A stretch of DNA of 64,000 nucleotides. Source: an uncultured Candidatus Bathyarchaeia archaeon (GTDB taxonomy: Archaea > Thermoproteota > Bathyarchaeia > Bathyarchaeales > DTEX01). The notes below the pieces were generated by a model. The model was not told where the DNA came from. It saw nothing but the letters and a program-made list of their open reading frames with translations, and ran no database searches. This document shows positions 60,076-64,000 of this stretch, one piece after another. The stretch spans positions 6,287 to 70,286 of the forward strand of contig CAZPBM010000018.1 of assembly GCA_964584965.1 (NCBI GenBank), given 5' to 3'. Each line of letters starts with the position of its first letter. Position 1 is the stretch's first letter. The translations under genes and the position numbers were made by a program.

Positions 60076-62352
60076 TTAAAGACTTTCAAAACCCGCGACT
60101 ACAGCTTGACCTAAAGATGTACCCCCGTCTCCTGGAGGAACAGTTCTGTGAACAAGAAACCTAAAACCTGAATCTTCCACAATTCTTCGAATCCTAGAAG
60201 CGATTAACTCGTTGCATGCCACGCCGCCCGAGAACCCTATGTGCTGCACTCCTTTTTTCTGCGCTTGCTCAATTGCCAAAGTGGCTAGGCCTTCAGCTAT
60301 GTATTCATGCGCTGCTCGTGCAAGATTTTTCCTCGCAGTTTTCTCTTTGTTAACAAATATTTCTCTAACCAAAAAAGAAGTGTTCAGCGTCTTTCCTTCA
60401 AACAGTGGTTTAATGTTTAAAGTATTTTTGCCCTTCGCTGCTAGAGACTCAAGTTTCATCGCTGGTTCTCCCTCGTAGGTGCGTTCGTAACATACGCCTA
60501 AAACAGCTGCAATTGCGTCTAGAACTCTGCCGCAGCTACTCGTCCAATGTATAGTCTTTTCGCTTTTAAGCTGGTTAACGATAATTTCAACCTCTTTTTC
60601 TCCATGTGGAAGAACTTCTCGTTGAGTCAACAACCATTTTTCTATGCTGATTTCGTGACGCAAAATTCCAGCGACCATCCGCACGGGATAATAAGCAGCC
60701 AAGTCTCCGCCGATTAAAGGTTGCTTCTGAAGGTGCGCCAGTCTTTCGAAGCTTGGTTCCTGTTCACAGTAAAGAATTTCGCCTCCCCACGCCTCTCCAT
60801 CTAAACCGTATCCGTAGCCATCGCAGCAGATTCCAACAACCTCGTGGACATTGTGTTCAGCCATCAAAGCTGCAACATGCGCATGGTGATGCTGAACTTG
60901 AACAAGTTGCCATCCGTTTTCTTGAGCGAGTTCACGGGCAAGCATCGTTGTTGTAAACTTCGGATGCAAATCGCAAGCTATGACCTCAGTCTTACAGTTC
61001 GTAAGGCGAACAAGATGCAAGACTGATTCCTTCAAAAAATTTTTTGTTTCTAGGTTTTCCACGTCGCCTACATGTTGAGAGACGAACGCCTTATCGCCTA
61101 AAAGAACACAAGCAGTGTTGTTTAATTCGCCTCCTAAACCAATTGTGCAACGTTTACTTTTGTGTCTCAGAACTATCGGCGCAGGAGCGTACCCCCTTGA
61201 TCTTCTAAGGAAGACCGTTCTTTTACCGTGGACTCGCACAACGGAATCGTCGCAACGGAACGTAATCTGTCTGTCATGGAAAAGAAAATAGTCCACAATT
61301 GCGCCGAGCTGCTTCAAAGCCTCTTGGTCATCCTTGATTATGGGCTGATTAGGAGGGTTGGCGCTGGTCATAACAAAGGCAGGCTCATCCACGCGGTCGA
61401 AAAGCATGTAGTGAAGCCCAGTATACGGCAGCATCACACCAACATTATGCAATCCTGGAGCAACGAGGTTTGAAAGAAAATAGTTTTTCGACTTTTTCAA
61501 AAGAACAATTGGCCGTATATGTGTAGTCAACAATTCTTTCTCTGCGTTGCTTACCTCAGCAAACCTTTCTATAACTTCAATGCTTGGCGCCATTATCGCG
61601 AAGGGTTTCTGCCTTCTGTGCTTTGCGTTTCTAAGTCGAATCAAGGGTTCATCCTTAACTGTTGAGGCTGCAACGTGGAAGCCGCCGTACCCCTTTATTG
61701 CAACAATAAGGCCTTCTGAAAGTAGTTTTCCAGCTTCACGAATTGGGTCCTTAACACCTACGGGGGTTCCGTTGTTCGCTGTTAAATAGACTTTGGGTCC
61801 GCATTTTTGGCATGCAATTGTTTGGGCGTGAAAACGTCTGTTCGACGGGTCTGTGTACTCCTTTTCGCAAGCTTTGCACATTGGGAAGCTGCGCATCGTT
61901 GTCTTTTCTCGGTCGTAGGGAAGACCTTCGATAATAGTGTATCTGGGACCACAATCAGTACAAGTAATAAAAAAATACTCGAACCGCCTGTTCTTTGGGC
62001 TGCGAATCTCCTTAAGGCACTCGTTGCAGATTGCAATGTCCGGCGGAATGACGGAACCTGAAAGCTCCGCTTCGCTTGAGCTTTGAATAATCAAAAATTT
62101 TTCGTACTGGTTGTCTCCAGCTAAGTTTTCAGTGATAACCTCGTATATTCGTGATTGCGGAGGCTTATTCTTTTGAAGATCTGCTAAAAAAGAATCGATG
62201 TTTTGTTTCAAGCCCTCAACGAGAATTTCTACTCCGGCGTCGCCTCTGTTTCGAACATAGCCCGTTAACTTGTTCTTTTGAGCTATGCGGTAAACAAACG
62301 GTCTGAACCCCACGCCTTGAACTATGCCTTTGACCTTAATTTTGACACGCAC
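60076..62352 (-). CDS. hypF: Carbamoyltransferase HypF
   Basis: GIVQGVGFRPF, two Zn fingers, QHHHAH, PPGDGG. Confidence 0.97.
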   Translation of the reverse strand: MRVKIKVKGIVQGVGFRPFVYRIAQKNKLTGYVRNRGDAGVEILVEGLKQNIDSFLADLQKNKPPQSRIYEVITENLAGDNQYEKFLIIQSSSEAELSGSVIPPDIAICNECLKEIRSPKNRRFEYFFITCTDCGPRYTIIEGLPYDREKTTMRSFPMCKACEKEYTDPSNRRFHAQTIACQKCGPKVYLTANNGTPVGVKDPIREAGKLLSEGLIVAIKGYGGFHVAASTVKDEPLIRLRNAKHRRQKPFAIMAPSIEVIERFAEVSNAEKELLTTHIRPIVLLKKSKNYFLSNLVAPGLHNVGVMLPYTGLHYMLFDRVDEPAFVMTSANPPNQPIIKDDQEALKQLGAIVDYFLFHDRQITFRCDDSVVRVHGKRTVFLRRSRGYAPAPIVLRHKSKRCTIGLGGELNNTACVLLGDKAFVSQHVGDVENLETKNFLKESVLHLVRLTNCKTEVIACDLHPKFTTTMLARELAQENGWQLVQVQHHHAHVAALMAEHNVHEVVGICCDGYGYGLDGEAWGGEILYCEQEPSFERLAHLQKQPLIGGDLAAYYPVRMVAGILRHEISIEKWLLTQREVLPHGEKEVEIIVNQLKSEKTIHWTSSCGRVLDAIAAVLGVCYERTYEGEPAMKLESLAAKGKNTLNIKPLFEGKTLNTSFLVREIFVNKEKTARKNLARAAHEYIAEGLATLAIEQAQKKGVQHIGFSGGVACNELIASRIRRIVEDSGFRFLVHRTVPPGDGGTSLGQAVVAGFESL

Positions 62353-62430
62353 AGCGAAACATCTCTTTCTTACGGAGACACAAATTAAGATTTATTCTTA
62401 GCATATAAACACAGCAATAGATGTTAATTT

Positions 62431-62934
62431 TTATTTTTTCTCTTTCACAGCCTCAAGGATTGTTTCAATGATTTCTTCAGCCGCCTTCTTAAGCTCAGGT
62501 GACATCTCCTCAGTGAGGCTTGTGTCATGTGGCTGTATTCCAAGAAGCACTATCTTCGCCTTAACCTCCTCCGCAAGCACCCCAGCCAATATGGATAACG
62601 GAATTGTGTGGGTTGAAATTGCGGCATTCAACATTTTCTCCAAGGGAAGAAGCTGAGCTGCGCCAGGTTCTGCATGCAGTTCAGCTGCATCAGCGATTAA
62701 CACATGCGTAGGACAATATGCCTCAATTTCTGGCAGAAAATTTTCCGGCGTCATACCGCAATCTATAATTCTTATCCACTCAGGAACCCTTCCAAACAGC
62801 CTCTTAGCCACCTCAATTCCCACAGCATCGTCTCCACGCATCGGGTTCCCAACCCCTAAAACTACCAGCCGCTCGCAATCTTGAATCCAACAGGACACTT
62901 GATCCTTCAGTGACACTTTTTTGCTCAAACCCAT
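62431..62934 (-). CDS. hycI: Hydrogenase maturation endopeptidase (HycI-like)
   Basis: GVGNPMRGDDAVG, TPEN, ADAA, STHTIPL, GIQP. Confidence 0.9.
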   Translation of the reverse strand: MGLSKKVSLKDQVSCWIQDCERLVVLGVGNPMRGDDAVGIEVAKRLFGRVPEWIRIIDCGMTPENFLPEIEAYCPTHVLIADAAELHAEPGAAQLLPLEKMLNAAISTHTIPLSILAGVLAEEVKAKIVLLGIQPHDTSLTEEMSPELKKAAEEIIETILEAVKEKK

Positions 62935-63018
62935 CACGCTAAAACTTGCAATAAAAACCATACCGTAATGATGCTTTATACATCTTAAGAATTACGCTGC
63001 AAAGAACGTTGACTTACC

Positions 63019-63198
63019 AACAATCAGCTAAAACAAAAAGATAAAAGTTTTCACAGTTACCGAATCCACAATTTCACAGAGAATCCACAGAGCCTTCATG
63101 AAGAAAAAGTTGTCAACACGCATGGAGTAAGCGCAAAAAAGGGAAAAATGGTCAAAGAATCTGACCCGACTGTATATACTCCCTCCCCCCTCAACAAC
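63019..63198 (-). repeat. Dispersed intergenic element, copy C
   Basis: GTTGTTGAGGGGGGAGGGAGTATATACAGTCGGGTCAGATTCTTTGACCAT...; aligns with 40312-40488. Confidence 0.8.
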
Positions 63199-63253
63199 AA
63201 GAATAGATAACAATCACCCCTCCACAAAAGAGACAAAAACACGGCTATTGGAT

Positions 63254-64000
63254 TTATGCCCACATTATTTGTATTCGCGCCTTAGCTGCTTTCCTCGCAG
63301 GATACAAGATTGCCAAACATAACGTTGTAATTAAACTTAAAATGAGAAGCACCATCGCTACAACCGTGTTCAGCGAAACAACAGGTTCAGGAATAAGAAA
63401 AAACAATACAAAGGCAAGACCAATTGGAAACCCAAACAGGGCGCCAGCTGAAACAAGGAGAAATGTCTGAAACAAAACAGTTTTCAAAACGGTCTTAGAC
63501 CTAGCTCCTAACGCACGCATAACACTAAAGTCTCTCTGTTGACTTGAAACTGAAAGCATCAGGAACCCAACAAGCGAAGTTGCAGCGTTTATAAACGAAA
63601 GAAGCGAAAGAGAAAGAAGAAGAGACCAAACCTGACCGACATAACTAAGCTGCCTATCCAAAGACAAACCCAAATCAACCACAACTAAACCAAAACCTGA
63701 AACAGAATCCCTAATCCTCTGCAGTGTTTCAGAACGACTTGAAGGCTCAACCTGAACCAAAATAACGTTATATCCCGAACAGTTAACCAAAGAACACAAC
63801 TTCTCATAAGACATGTAAACAACCACCCCATTGTTCAACGTGTCCAAACAAACCCCAACGACGCGGAGCTCGCCGCCGAAAACCCTAAGGCTTTGAACAA
63901 GAGGGTTCTCAAAGCAGTTAGCAGCCAACGTGTCGCCCAACATAACATCCCGCCCATCTCCACTTTGAAGCTTCTCGCCAAAAACCAGCCAGTCACTCAC
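63254..64000 (-). CDS. FtsX-like ABC transporter permease, 3' part (runs off window edge)
   Basis: QQRDFSVMRALGA, YPARKAA, C-terminal TM helices. Confidence 0.85.
   Translation of the reverse strand: MSDWLVFGEKLQSGDGRDVMLGDTLAANCFENPLVQSLRVFGGELRVVGVCLDTLNNGVVVYMSYEKLCSLVNCSGYNVILVQVEPSSRSETLQRIRDSVSGFGLVVVDLGLSLDRQLSYVGQVWSLLLSLSLLSFINAATSLVGFLMLSVSSQQRDFSVMRALGARSKTVLKTVLFQTFLLVSAGALFGFPIGLAFVLFFLIPEPVVSLNTVVAMVLLILSLITTLCLAILYPARKAAKARIQIMWA

Noticed and set aside
63028..63213. 61-aa ORF as a confident gene
   Set aside because: Coincides with the dispersed repeat; the homologous copy at 40312 lacks a start codon and is frameshifted

Overview
Archaeal chromosomal segment, most likely Bathyarchaeia (TACK). 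This is inferred from the fused Rpo1 (A'+A''), unlinked 5S rRNA, a multi-intron tRNA, gatDE, stand-alone mtrH and a corrinoid reactivase. The right two-thirds is mostly core genes: transketolase, gatDE, nadX-nadC, trm1, TET peptidase, nurA-herA, rpo2-rpo1-rpl30e-nusA-rps12, geranylgeranyl reductase, dph6 and hyp hydrogenase maturation genes. The region at about 5-14.7 kb looks like a decayed tRNA-Trp-anchored island. It carries an intact DUF72 / inactive RadA-like / small helical protein / PolB2 cassette, a solitary 37-nt CRISPR-like repeat, a putative glycoside hydrolase, and integrase and IS110 remnants. Signals missing from the ORF track: (1) a dispersed intergenic element with a G-string+TATATA head (3 long copies and 1 core); (2) tRNA-Trp with three introns, one a box C/D guide for its own C34 and C39; (3) a 47-aa acidic Trp-repeat peptide gene inside the hyp cluster; (4) two conserved genes that seem to start at ACG and ATA; (5) several operator-like palindromes and candidate RNA structures. 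All assignments are by motif recognition by eye; no database searches were run.
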